From contig OY776510.1 of the NCBI GenBank assembly GCA_963675665.1, positions 2,624,001 through 2,688,000 on the forward strand: DNA of 64,000 nucleotides, given 5' to 3'. The DNA is from Spirochaetia bacterium. GTDB taxonomy: Bacteria > Spirochaetota > Spirochaetia > UBA9216. The notes under the pieces were generated by a model. The model searched no databases, was not told the origin of the DNA, and saw only the letters and a program-made list of their open reading frames with translations. Shown here piece after piece: positions 1 through 8,857 of this stretch; within the stretch, counting starts at the first letter, position 1; every line of letters starts with the position of its first letter. The position numbers and the translations under genes were made by a program.

Positions 1-1
1 C

Positions 2-133
2 GCCCGCAAGATGAGCACTTTGGTATATACAATTTTAAAAACCAGAGAGCCGTTTGATCCGATGAAAATGGCTTTTAGAAAAGAATACAGGGAAATGCAG
101 GCAGCAGCATGGGAAGCTGTAATGGTCGGTTGA
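2..133 (+). mobile_element. 3' end of IS110-family transposase (partial, begins before window)
   Basis: Frame 2 reads ARKMSTLVYTILKTREPFDP...VMVG*, matching the A-R-K-[LM]-x3-[IV]-Y-x-[IM]-L-K C-terminus typical of IS110 transposases. It is followed by a short non-coding end containing TTGACT (173-178). Confidence 0.6.
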
Positions 134-195
134 TATCCGACTAGATCATAAGCTTATATTTTTAGCTTGTGGTTGACTTTTTATAGGAGTTATAT

Positions 196-546
196 ATGAA
201 CGAATACAGGATGGAGTTGAGTATTGCCTGTGCCGGCGGTGATGCCGACCACTTCTATAACACTGTTCTTATGATCGCCAAGGGATTTGAAATCGGAGTT
301 TTGGAGAGTAAGCTGGGGCCGCTTGAGCCCAAGGTTGAGACTGTCATAGAATATGCCCCAGCTCAGGAAGTTAATACTAAAAGAAATCTAAACATAAAGG
401 AGGCAGCTGAATACCTCAACCTCTCAAGCAAAACCCTCTACACATATACAGAAAAAGCAAAGATTCCATTCTATAAAATTGGAAGTCGGATTTTATTCAA
501 AACCGAAGAACTGGATGCCTGGCTGAAAGAGCGGAAGGTAAAGTAA
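196..546 (+). CDS. Excisionase-like helix-turn-helix (HTH_17) DNA-binding protein
   Basis: C-terminal LNIKEAAEYLNLSSKTLY...KIPFYKIGSRILFKTEELDAWL motif; AGGAG RBS upstream. Confidence 0.8.
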   Translation: MNEYRMELSIACAGGDADHFYNTVLMIAKGFEIGVLESKLGPLEPKVETVIEYAPAQEVNTKRNLNIKEAAEYLNLSSKTLYTYTEKAKIPFYKIGSRILFKTEELDAWLKERKVK

Positions 547-547
547 T

Positions 548-1710
548 ATGTACGAATACTATGACAGGGAAAAACTGTACACAGAGGTCTGGGAAAAACC
601 GATGTCTGAGGTATGCAAGAGCTATGGAATATCGGATGTAGCCCTTAAGAAAACCTGTAAGAAACTGCGGGTGGCAACCCCTCCCGGGGATATTGGGCAA
701 AGAAGGATGCCGGAAAAGAACCGCCGAAACCAAAGCTTATCCCCTTTGAAAATCCGCCCAGGCTTATAATCAGAAGAACAACATCGTCAGGTGACAACGA
801 GCCTGATACAGAACCCAGATTGGCTCTCGAGGCATTTGAAGAGGCGGAACGCCTTGTTCAGTCACTTCAGTTGGTGCAGGTTTCGGATGATCTGGAAGAT
901 CTGCACCCGTTTGTTCGTAATACGCGTAAAGTCTTTAAAAGACAGCAGAAAAAGCGATATTACGGAATAGACTATAACCGGGTTAACGTATCAGAGTCGG
1001 GTGTATTCGACATTAATATTGGACAGGATAGCATCGACAGGGTTTCCCTGCTACTTCAATCCATCTGTCATAATCTATTGGTTAACGGATTCATAATAGA
1101 AGCTGATGAGAGAGAAGGTGTTGTATTCCGGATTATGGATGAGGACCTCTCTATTAAGATATCCGAGTCAACTAAAAAGACAGCCATCCCTTAAGGAAAA
1201 CAGGATAAAGACAGCTACTGGCTTAAAGACTATGAGTATATTCCGACCGGGATCCTGAAACTTGAGATTAATACAAGCGCATTCACGATGAAGGGGCAGA
1301 AGGCCTGGACCGATGGTAAAACAAAAAACATTGAAAGCAGAATCAACGAAATTATACGTCAACTCATCTATGCTGCCGCCTGGAACAAGGAACGGGCTGC
1401 CAATCATAAGAAAAGAGCGGAGGAATGGAGAATCGAGGAGGAAAAGCGGGCTGAAAGAGAAAGATTGGCCAGACTTGAACGTGAAAGGATCTCCAGGCTT
1501 GAAGCTGGATACAAGAAATGGATCTACCATAAAGAACTTTCGGATTATGTTAACGCTGTAAGGTCTCACTATCTGGAGCATAAAGGAGAACCTGAAGGAG
1601 ATTTTGCCGACTGGCTGAAATGGGCCGAGGGTTATCTTGAGGTAAACAATCCGCTGAAAGATGAATACCCCAAATTCAAGATAGAGGAGGCTAAGGTATG
1701 TATGTGGTAA
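548..1710 (+). pseudogene. Disrupted conserved hypothetical protein (RExLYxxVW...PPRGYWAK type)
   Basis: ORF 548 frameshifts near 680 into the frame reading RGYWAKKDAGK..., which continues into ORF 820-1194. An in-frame TAA at 1192-1194 is followed by GKQDKDSYWLKDYEYIPTGILKLEI, running in the same frame into ORF 1288-1710. Confidence 0.75.
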
Positions 1711-1907
1711 AGAAGAAGGATGTTAAAAGCAGTGACAATCATATAAAGAGTGAATTAGGGATTCTATTGGATGAGTTTTCCCCTGAAATACTGAAGGCAT
1801 TTACAGAGCCCCCTGAGTTTGGTTCGGTCAGTGTTAAGGTTGTTTATCATCAGGCAAAGGCTGTCAGGATTGAATGCGGAAGATGTATCTCCGCTAAATT
1901 TGGATAG
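1698..1907 (+). CDS. Small hypothetical protein (DUF2292/YezD-like)
   Basis: FGSVSVKVVYHQAKAVRIE resembles the small FGsv.i.vh.GkvvqIe family; GGAGG upstream; overlaps the previous stop codon. Confidence 0.45.
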   Translation: MYVVKKKDVKSSDNHIKSELGILLDEFSPEILKAFTEPPEFGSVSVKVVYHQAKAVRIECGRCISAKFG

Positions 1908-1968
1908 TTTTTCATTTTTCTGTACTTTCCGCATAGTTATGTATAAATTTTACTTATGGGGGTACGTT

Positions 1969-2127
1969 ATGGAGATAGAACCTGTAAATCCTGCATCTGT
2001 CCCGCCTGAACCAGTAGAACCGCCGCCGGTTACCGAGCAAGCCCCGCCGAGCCCTGAAGAAGAGGCTCCGGAGGAACAGATTATTCAGGATGATGAACTT
2101 GGAGAAAATGTAGATCTTCTGACCTGA
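1969..2127 (+). CDS. Small Pro/Glu-rich protein ending LGENVDLLT
   Basis: GGGGG RBS before ATG 1969; low-complexity acidic 52-aa product. Confidence 0.5.
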   Translation: MEIEPVNPASVPPEPVEPPPVTEQAPPSPEEEAPEEQIIQDDELGENVDLLT

Positions 2128-2224
2128 CAGATAGCACTAAACATGCCGCTAAGTAACGTGGGAAATGTCAGATAATGAAGTATTTTTGAGTTACATCGGA
2201 TTGCTCTTGTTAAATGTATAAATC

Positions 2225-2252
2225 TTGACAATAAGTAATATGATAGTAGAAT
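2225..2252 (+). promoter_or_regulatory. sigma70-like promoter of MNT-HEPN operon, probably leaderless
   Basis: TTGACA-16bp-TAGAAT, with the ATG 6 nt after the -10 and no SD sequence. Confidence 0.6.
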
Positions 2253-2258
2253 AAGAGC

Positions 2259-2564
2259 ATGAAGTTCCCTAATGTTGAAATTCAGGATGATATTATCATA
2301 AATCTCGCAAGAAAATATCGCATAAAGGAATTGTCTTTTTTTGGTTCAATTCTGCGAGATGATTTTAATGAGGATAGTGATATTGATATTCTTGTCGAAT
2401 TTATAGATATTCATGAATATTCTCTTTTTGATCTTTTTAAAATTAAGGAAGACTTTAAATCTGTATTCGGAAAAGAAGTGGACTTGATAGAAAAAGATAG
2501 CCTAAGAAATCCGTATCGACGTGAAAATATTCTGAGAAACTCCAGGGTTGTGTATGCAGCTTAG
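2259..2564 (+). CDS. mntA: Minimal nucleotidyltransferase (MNT) antitoxin
   Basis: FFGSILRDDFNEDSDIDILV (GSx10DxD motif) and VDL; 101 aa; overlaps the HEPN gene. Confidence 0.9.
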   Translation: MKFPNVEIQDDIIINLARKYRIKELSFFGSILRDDFNEDSDIDILVEFIDIHEYSLFDLFKIKEDFKSVFGKEVDLIEKDSLRNPYRRENILRNSRVVYAA

Positions 2565-2895
2565 TGAAAGAAATAAAGGTTATCTCTGGGATATTCTGGA
2601 TGCTTGCAAGGATATAATAAATTTTCTTGAAAATACTACCTATGAGGATTTCTCCATTGATAAAATGAAAAGATTTGCTGTAGAGCGGCAGTTACTTGTC
2701 ATCGGAGAAGCTGCCAATCATTTATCTGCAGATTTTACTGAAGCGAATCATGATATACCCTGGCACATGATAGTTGGACTTCGGAATATTATCGCGCACG
2801 AATATGGAGAGATCCTGGTCGATAGGATCTATAAAATAGCGAGAGAAAATGTTCCGGAATTAATGGGACTAATATCTGTATTATTAGATAATTAA
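2554..2895 (+). CDS. hepT: HEPN (DUF86/HepT) ribonuclease toxin
   Basis: IGEAA...IPW...GLRNIIAHEY (Rx4HxY motif). Confidence 0.9.
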   Translation: MQLSERNKGYLWDILDACKDIINFLENTTYEDFSIDKMKRFAVERQLLVIGEAANHLSADFTEANHDIPWHMIVGLRNIIAHEYGEILVDRIYKIARENVPELMGLISVLLDN

Positions 2896-3005
2896 CTCCT
2901 AAATTTATTCCTTTCTCTGCATATTGTTCCTTACTGTCAATTCCTTTGATGGATCATGGGTTCGCATGTTATCCTGTGATCTATTATTAAAAAGGAGATT
3001 TAAAA

Positions 3006-3374
3006 ATGGATTTATTGGTCGATATCCTAAGCCGTATCAGGCGGGATGGGGCTATGTTCTACGGATTATCCGTGAACGACCATCTGGACTACATCAAGGG
3101 TTTGTACGACACCTTCGAAGAGCAGTATTTGATGGTGAGCCGTCTTCGTGAAAAAGTCCAGTGCAATCAGGCTGACTGCCGCAGGATTATCGAGTTTCTG
3201 CTGCAGAACAATTATATCGCAAGCGATCTCTCGACCGACAGCTTCATATCGGAGCATTTCATGTTCAACGGAAAGAAGAAAACAAAGGATGATGTCAGGA
3301 AGTTTCCCCGGGGCGATGCGGATGGAATATCAATCCTTGATGAAAATTTCAGCCTGAAGATCCCTATAAGGTAG
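3006..3374 (+). CDS. Hypothetical protein
   Basis: AAGGAG RBS; 122-aa ORF; no recognised motif. Confidence 0.55.
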   Translation: MDLLVDILSRIRRDGAMFYGLSVNDHLDYIKGLYDTFEEQYLMVSRLREKVQCNQADCRRIIEFLLQNNYIASDLSTDSFISEHFMFNGKKKTKDDVRKFPRGDADGISILDENFSLKIPIR

Positions 3375-3409
3375 CAAAGGAAGAGCAAATCGCTATGTCC
3401 GCATGGAAG

Positions 3410-3448
3410 TTGACTTTTTAATAACCTTGTATTACATTATGTATTACA
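3410..3448 (+). promoter_or_regulatory. Promoter with tandem TGTA-T-TACA operator palindromes for the RHH-PIN operon
   Basis: TTGACT-17bp-TACATT, overlapped by two TGTATTACA copies (3428-3436, 3440-3448). Confidence 0.55.
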
Positions 3449-3458
3449 GGGGGATTGT

Positions 3459-3704
3459 ATGACTACAGTAAGATTAAATGATGATATAGATAATAAACTG
3501 ATTCAATTGATAGATCTTGAAAAAACTACAAAAACAGAGATTATCAAGAAAGCAATATCCGAGTATTACCAGCACCATGTTGAAAAGAAAACGCCGTATG
3601 AGTTGGGAGCGGACCTATTTGGCAGAGTCGGTAGTGAGCCGGATCTCTCCCGGAATTATAAAAAGATATTAAAGGATAAACTGAATGAAAAATACTCTCA
3701 TTGA
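3459..3704 (+). CDS. Ribbon-helix-helix (CopG-like) antitoxin
   Basis: MTTVRL...KTEIIKKAISEY; overlaps the PIN gene. Confidence 0.8.
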   Translation: MTTVRLNDDIDNKLIQLIDLEKTTKTEIIKKAISEYYQHHVEKKTPYELGADLFGRVGSEPDLSRNYKKILKDKLNEKYSH

Positions 3705-4104
3705 TGCAGGTCCTTTAATAGCATTATTTAACAAAAAAGATAAATATCATGAGCAGATAAAAGCCTTTTTAAAGGACTATAATGGGGTACTGACAAGCAG
3801 TTGGCCTGTAATCACCGAAGTTACACATATGCTGGATTTTAGTGTTCAGGCTCAAATAGATTTTCTAACATGGGTGAGCTTAGGCGGGATTATATTGGAA
3901 GATATATCAGATGAAGGATTATCCAGGATCATTGAGTTATCCAGGAAATATTCAGATGTCCCTATGGATTTGGCAGATGCTTCATTGGTAGTCTTGTCAG
4001 AGAAGTTAAGAATTAAGGAAATAATATCGATCGATTCTGATTATTATGTTTATAGAACAATAAACAAAGAAATGATTGAGAATATTTTTCAATATAGTAA
4101 TTAA
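3685..4104 (+). CDS. vapC: PIN-domain (VapC-like) toxin
   Basis: LIDAGPLIAL...VITEV...MDLADASLV...SIDSDY acidic PIN residues. Confidence 0.9.
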   Translation: MKNTLIDAGPLIALFNKKDKYHEQIKAFLKDYNGVLTSSWPVITEVTHMLDFSVQAQIDFLTWVSLGGIILEDISDEGLSRIIELSRKYSDVPMDLADASLVVLSEKLRIKEIISIDSDYYVYRTINKEMIENIFQYSN

Positions 4105-4116
4105 TATCCTGCTTAA

Positions 4117-4278
4117 GAATCTGCCGAATCTATAAAACTGCTTCTGTATTAAGCTTTATTTAAATGTATCTGCGAAGGGAAATTGCCGTCATACCGGATA
4201 GGCGGCCGCACAATCTTCAGAGAGAAAGAGCTGCTGGAGTGGATTGAGTATAGGAAGCGGGATGTGTTGACTGTTTAA
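4117..4278 (+). pseudogene. Degenerate second excisionase-like HTH relic
   Basis: ESAESIKLLLY*ALFKCICEGKLPSYRIGGRTIFREKELLEWI aligns with the C-terminus of 196-546; no start codon and an internal stop. Confidence 0.6.
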
Positions 4279-4286
4279 TGCTTATT

Positions 4287-4422
4287 TGTCGGAAAAAACC
4301 ACCATAAAGCCCAAATATGGCAATAATGACGGAATATACCAACATATAATGCCGAAAATTATACTGTTTTTGCTTCTTAATCAATGTATTTGTTGACTTA
4401 TCCCAACATTAGTGGCTATAAT
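4287..4422 (+). promoter_or_regulatory. Three TG(T/A)YG(G/A)-N6-CCA(A/C)CA operator-like palindromes plus promoter of hipBA
   Basis: 18-bp imperfect palindromes at 4287-4304, 4327-4344 and 4391-4408; TTGACT(4393)-18bp-TATAAT(4417). Confidence 0.55.
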
Positions 4423-4429
4423 GGCTATT

Positions 4430-4783
4430 ATGATGGAAAATGCCAACAATAACTGGGTTTCAATGACGGATTCCGCACTTATTAGTGTAATCGGTTCGTA
4501 TATCAAACACCGGCGACTGGAACAAGATAAGACGCAGGAACAAACAGCGCATGAAGCAGGCGTAAACCGGAGCACTTTGGTTCAAATTGAAAACGGGGAA
4601 TCGATTACGCTTTCTTCTCTCATCCAAATACTGAGAGCGCTTGATTTGTTGCACCTGATGGATAACTTCATAATTGAAGATAAGATAAGTCCGATACAGT
4701 ATGCAAAATTACAGGAAAGACGAAGGAAAAGAGCCAGTTCAACAAAAAGTGTAATTGAACCTGATAAGGATCTGGAATGGTAG
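4430..4783 (+). CDS. hipB: HipB-like XRE HTH antitoxin
   Basis: IKHRRLEQDKTQEQTAHEAGVNRSTLVQIENG HTH; overlaps hipA. Confidence 0.85.
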   Translation: MMENANNNWVSMTDSALISVIGSYIKHRRLEQDKTQEQTAHEAGVNRSTLVQIENGESITLSSLIQILRALDLLHLMDNFIIEDKISPIQYAKLQERRRKRASSTKSVIEPDKDLEW

Positions 4784-6081
4784 ATTATGCATATGTAAAT
4801 ATATGGAATACCTTAGTCGGTGTCGTCAGATGGGACCCAAACCGGCAAATAGCCGATTTTCAGTATGATAAAGATTTTCTGAACAGGAACTGGGATATTG
4901 CGCCGATTAAGATGCCGCTCAGCAACGGAGACAGGGTATACAGCTTTCCTGAACTTTTAAAAGCCAGAGACAGCACGGAAGATTCCTTTAAGGGTCTGCC
5001 CGGGCTGTTAGCTGATTCGCTTCCCGATAAATACGGAAACCTGTTAACAGAAAGGTGGCTGACTGCCAACGGGCGGCCTCCGGGCAGCATGAATCCGGTT
5101 GAAAAACTATGTTTCATCGGAAACCGGGGCATGGGGGCCCTGGAGTTTGAACCTGCCCGGATGAAACCGAACCGGAACACCTTTGCAGTCGAAATAGAAG
5201 GCCTGGTCGATATCGCGAGGAAGATGCTTGCGGAGCGTGAGGATTTTAATACCTCTCTCCAGGAGGATGAGAAACAGGCTATGAGGGAGATCCTTAAGAT
5301 CGGGACCTCAGCAGGCGGTGCAAGGCCCAAGGCTGTCATCGCGTTCAACAGGAAAACAAAAGAGGTACGATCCGGGCAGACTAAGGTCCCCGCCGGGTTT
5401 GAGCATTGGCTTCTGAAGCTTGACGGTGTAAGCGGGGTGCAGGTCGGTGATAGTCACGGCTGGGGTCGTATTGAATATGCATATTACCTGATGGCGAAAG
5501 AATGCGGTATCGAGATGACTGAATGTGAACTGCTCGAAGAAAACGGCAGGGCGCATTTTATGACGAGGCGGTTCGACCGTGAAAAGAATAACATCAGGCA
5601 CCATGTTCAAACCCTTTGCGGTATTCAGCATTTTGATTACAACAATATTTTAGCTTACAGCTATGAGCAGGTCTTTCAGACGATGCGTCAATTGAGATTA
5701 ACCCATCCTGAAGCGGAGCAGATGTTTCGACGGATGGTTTTCAATGTCCTGGCAACCAATTGCGATGATCATACCAAGAACTTTTCATTCAGGTTGAAGA
5801 AGGATGAAAGATGGGCTCTGGCTCCGGCCTACGATGTTTGCTTTTCATATGACCCGAACAATAAATGGGTCAGCCGGCAGACCTTGAGTATAAACAGTAA
5901 ACACAGCGATATTACTAAAGAAGATCTTATGACTATAGCTAAAGCAAACAATATTAAAAAGGGCAGAGAGATAATCGATGAGATTAATGCCGTTGTAAGA
6001 AAGTGGGATGACTTCGCATCCAGGGTAAACGTCAGAGAAGATCTGAAGATCAATATTAAGAATAACCTCCGCACATTTTAA
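4777..6081 (+). CDS. hipA: HipA-family serine/threonine kinase toxin
   Basis: DSLPDKYG, GTSAGGARPKA, RRFDR, NCDDHTKNFSF and LAPAYDV motifs. Confidence 0.95.
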   Translation: MVDYAYVNIWNTLVGVVRWDPNRQIADFQYDKDFLNRNWDIAPIKMPLSNGDRVYSFPELLKARDSTEDSFKGLPGLLADSLPDKYGNLLTERWLTANGRPPGSMNPVEKLCFIGNRGMGALEFEPARMKPNRNTFAVEIEGLVDIARKMLAEREDFNTSLQEDEKQAMREILKIGTSAGGARPKAVIAFNRKTKEVRSGQTKVPAGFEHWLLKLDGVSGVQVGDSHGWGRIEYAYYLMAKECGIEMTECELLEENGRAHFMTRRFDREKNNIRHHVQTLCGIQHFDYNNILAYSYEQVFQTMRQLRLTHPEAEQMFRRMVFNVLATNCDDHTKNFSFRLKKDERWALAPAYDVCFSYDPNNKWVSRQTLSINSKHSDITKEDLMTIAKANNIKKGREIIDEINAVVRKWDDFASRVNVREDLKINIKNNLRTF

Positions 6082-6097
6082 GATAAGAGTGTTTAAT

Positions 6098-6231
6098 GGC
6101 CACGGATTGCCCGGGCAAGGCAGGCGGGTAACACGGACTGCGTTAATCCATATAGTCTGACTTAAACTATCAGCACCGAAGCCGCAGGCGTAGGTATGTG
6201 CATAGCGAAGCAATGCAGGCGGTTAACGGAT
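6098..6231 (+). repeat. CACGGA-family intergenic repeat, copy A (filled)
   Basis: 68-bp core 6131-6198 differs from 32337-32404 at one position. Confidence 0.9.
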
Positions 6232-6325
6232 GAAGAGAAAAGTAATTACGTAATCAGTTGGTATGTTTATACGCAGCTATCTTTGTTCATTCATCATGTT
6301 TGCCTCCAGGATTTTTAATTGTACA

Positions 6326-6424
6326 GCTCATTTCAGGCTGTTCAAGGCCAAGGCAAGCGGTCTTTTAGACCGGCCCTGAGCATCCTGAAAGTGAGCCTGT
6401 CTCCTTTTTAAAAAAAGGAGGCAG
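6326..6424 (+). promoter_or_regulatory. Two-hairpin structured leader of the GxxExxY gene
   Basis: Inverted repeats 6326-6347/6374-6396 enclose CGGTCT-TTT-AGACCG. A second stem, CTGTCTCCTTTTT/AAAAAGGAGGCAG, pairs the SD sequence. Confidence 0.55.
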
Positions 6425-6427
6425 AAA

Positions 6428-6793
6428 ATGCTGGTATATGAAGAGTTGTCAAATAAAGTGGTTAACGGTTTTATTAAAGTCCACAATGAATTGGGTATGG
6501 GGTTGCTTGAGTCATGTTACCACAATGCGCTGTATTTTGAGCTGAAAGAGCAGGGGCTTGGGGTCGGTTATAATGCTCCGTTTAATGTGTTTTATAACGG
6601 TCAGCAGGTGGGTGAGTTTTACGCTGACCTGGCAGTTGAGGGTAAAATTATCATTGAAATCAAGGCGGTTAAGGCTCTTTCTTCGGCGCATGAAGCCCAG
6701 CTATTGAATTATCTCCATATCAGCAAATGTCGGGTCGGGTATCTGGTCAACTTTCAGGGGGAACGGGCGGTCTGGAAACGGTTTGTGGTTTAA
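6428..6793 (+). CDS. GxxExxY protein (PD-(D/E)xK nuclease-like)
   Basis: LGMGLLESCY (GxxExxY), ADLAVEGKIIIEIKA and AQLLNYL motifs; 121 aa. Confidence 0.92.
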   Translation: MLVYEELSNKVVNGFIKVHNELGMGLLESCYHNALYFELKEQGLGVGYNAPFNVFYNGQQVGEFYADLAVEGKIIIEIKAVKALSSAHEAQLLNYLHISKCRVGYLVNFQGERAVWKRFVV

Positions 6794-6794
6794 T

Positions 6795-7946
6795 TTATTT
6801 ATTATTCAATTCTTCTAATTCCTGTTTGGCTTCTTCCACCTCTAACATTGCTTGATATAAACTTAATTGGTGAGTTAAATTTTGAAGTTCTTCCTTTTGA
6901 CTCAATTCTTCTGAATTCATAAATAACTCAGGATAATTCTCTCGTAGTGTTTTTAAATTTGTATTTAATTCTGATGTTATTGAGGACAAAAGTAAAGAGA
7001 GATCCTCTCCTGAACTTGTGTTTGTTATTTTATATTCAGTAAGAGTCGCTGATTTATTTGAAAATGTAATACTTTGGATTGTGTCAGAGAACGGTTTTGA
7101 TTTATATGTGATAATGCCGATAGGTCCTAATTGAGGCAAAATTACGAAATTATCTGTAATATGTTCAGAGTTGATATTGGTCTCAATTAATAACGCTCCT
7201 CCGCTTCTGTAAGGAATCCCGGAGATTTTTGAATCTTTAAGATTCATGATTGGATCAGTTTTTATTTTTTCTGAAGTTATTCGCGATTTAAAATATAGGA
7301 CTAAATTAATGACTTTTTTTTCTTCAGCTATAATTCCCGAGAATAGCTCGTAATTTACTTTTGCGCGAGAATAATTAGAATCACTATCTTTCCAGTTTAA
7401 ATCTGAGATATCAATTATTACTGATAAAGTTTCAGTTTCTGTTCTTATCTCGGAAGCCGTTTTACCTCTGATAGAATTGATTCCTATTTTCCCAATATTG
7501 ATTGCTGCTTCTGAGAAACTTGTGATCATTTCACCTGCTTTATCCTTGATATCCAAATTTGTAGATTTAAGTATTGATGAATTCATAAATTCCAGACTTA
7601 GATCTGAAGTCTTGGTGAATTTGTTTAAGTCAGATGGCTCGAATACAAATTTTAACTCTTGATCGGGCACAATTATTGTTTCAATAGTATAATCTGTGAT
7701 TTTAATTGATATCTCGATTGATGATTCTTCATTCTTTTTTGGGTTTCCCTCATCATCTGCCGGCCATGTTTCTTTTTGAATTATTTCATAATCGAGTTTT
7801 ATTTGAAGCAACCCATACGGCATGGAAAGTATTAAGCCTTGTGGAGGTAATTCATCATTTACCATAGTTACTTCTGCAATAGAAGTGCATCCTGAATAAA
7901 ATGTCATAAAGATAAGCAAGGCAGCAACAATTTTGAATTTTTTCAT
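6795..7946 (-). CDS. Hypothetical lipoprotein (AT-rich)
   Basis: Signal peptide with lipobox ...FYSG-C; AAGGAG RBS; coiled-coil-like C-terminus. Confidence 0.7.
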   Translation of the reverse strand: MKKFKIVAALLIFMTFYSGCTSIAEVTMVNDELPPQGLILSMPYGLLQIKLDYEIIQKETWPADDEGNPKKNEESSIEISIKITDYTIETIIVPDQELKFVFEPSDLNKFTKTSDLSLEFMNSSILKSTNLDIKDKAGEMITSFSEAAINIGKIGINSIRGKTASEIRTETETLSVIIDISDLNWKDSDSNYSRAKVNYELFSGIIAEEKKVINLVLYFKSRITSEKIKTDPIMNLKDSKISGIPYRSGGALLIETNINSEHITDNFVILPQLGPIGIITYKSKPFSDTIQSITFSNKSATLTEYKITNTSSGEDLSLLLSSITSELNTNLKTLRENYPELFMNSEELSQKEELQNLTHQLSLYQAMLEVEEAKQELEELNNK

Positions 7947-8055
7947 AATTTTACTCCTTTAAAATATTTTATATAGCTTAACCAAATATGAAACTGATCC
8001 CTTGATATAAAATAGATAGATGCAAATTTAGCGGTGGTGTTATTCTTTTCTAAAT

Positions 8056-8661
8056 TTAATATTCTTTTTGAATTTTGATTCTTCCTGAAAAATGAGCATT
8101 ATTGGAACAATATCCTGTGACTTTAATTTTTATATGCTTTCCATTACCTATAATGCTTGAACCTTCCAAGAATTGGAGTGTTTTTCCGCTAATATCTTTA
8201 ATGATATTGCCATCAATAATCAATGTCATTTTCCCTTCACTACAATTTGTATTTGTCCTGTTGAATTCAACTACAAAATCAGTATCTTGAGAAAAAGCTG
8301 CAAGAAGAATTTCATCTGAATCTTGGGGAAAAGCATTCCAGGTTGATGAATAAAAATCATTTTGCAGTTCTTGGACACACTCCCATGTTGCTAATATGTT
8401 TGTACCGCTTCCGGTTTGTTCGATTTGAATTTCCTTTCCTTCGAGAAATAAACTTCCCCCTTCATAGAGCATCCCTTCAATTTCAGAACCGTCAACGTAA
8501 AATTTAAATTTTGTGTTTTCTGAATCTACAAGTTCAGTACAATCTAACCTAAAAAGATGTTTTTCACTTAGAGGCATTGCTGTAATTCTTGTAAGGTTTA
8601 ACTTTTCTGTAGTTTTCCAACCGCCTTGAAGGAAGTGCACATTAGTTTTTTTATTTTCCAA
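8056..8661 (-). CDS. Hypothetical protein with two internal repeats (AT-rich)
   Basis: FYVDG...LYEGGSLFLEGKEIQI versus LIIDG...FLEGSSIIGNGKHIKI. Confidence 0.65.
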   Translation of the reverse strand: MENKKTNVHFLQGGWKTTEKLNLTRITAMPLSEKHLFRLDCTELVDSENTKFKFYVDGSEIEGMLYEGGSLFLEGKEIQIEQTGSGTNILATWECVQELQNDFYSSTWNAFPQDSDEILLAAFSQDTDFVVEFNRTNTNCSEGKMTLIIDGNIIKDISGKTLQFLEGSSIIGNGKHIKIKVTGYCSNNAHFSGRIKIQKEY

Positions 8662-8857
8662 TTTTTAATTTCCTTTCCTAGAATATTATAACTCCATTTT
8701 TATATTATGTAAATTATATTGAAATGACAGAATTTTTGAATCGACGTAGCATTTCAGCACGAATCCAAATGCACATTTTTAATATAAAACCACAAAATAT
8801 TATAAAAATAAGTTATAATAGCCCCTGATAATAAAATTATTTAACGAGTGTTGCCCT

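Noticed and set aside
1192-1194. Recoded stop (Sec/Pyl readthrough)
   Set aside because: The codon is TAA and the same gene also has a frameshift, so decay is the simpler explanation.
5845-6213. 122-aa minus-strand ORF
   Set aside because: It is antisense to hipA and runs through repeat copy A; shadow ORF.
2259-8661. Integron cassette array (many short TA genes)
   Set aside because: No consistent attC-like RYYYAAC...GTTRRRY sites after each gene, mixed orientation, and no integrase in the window.
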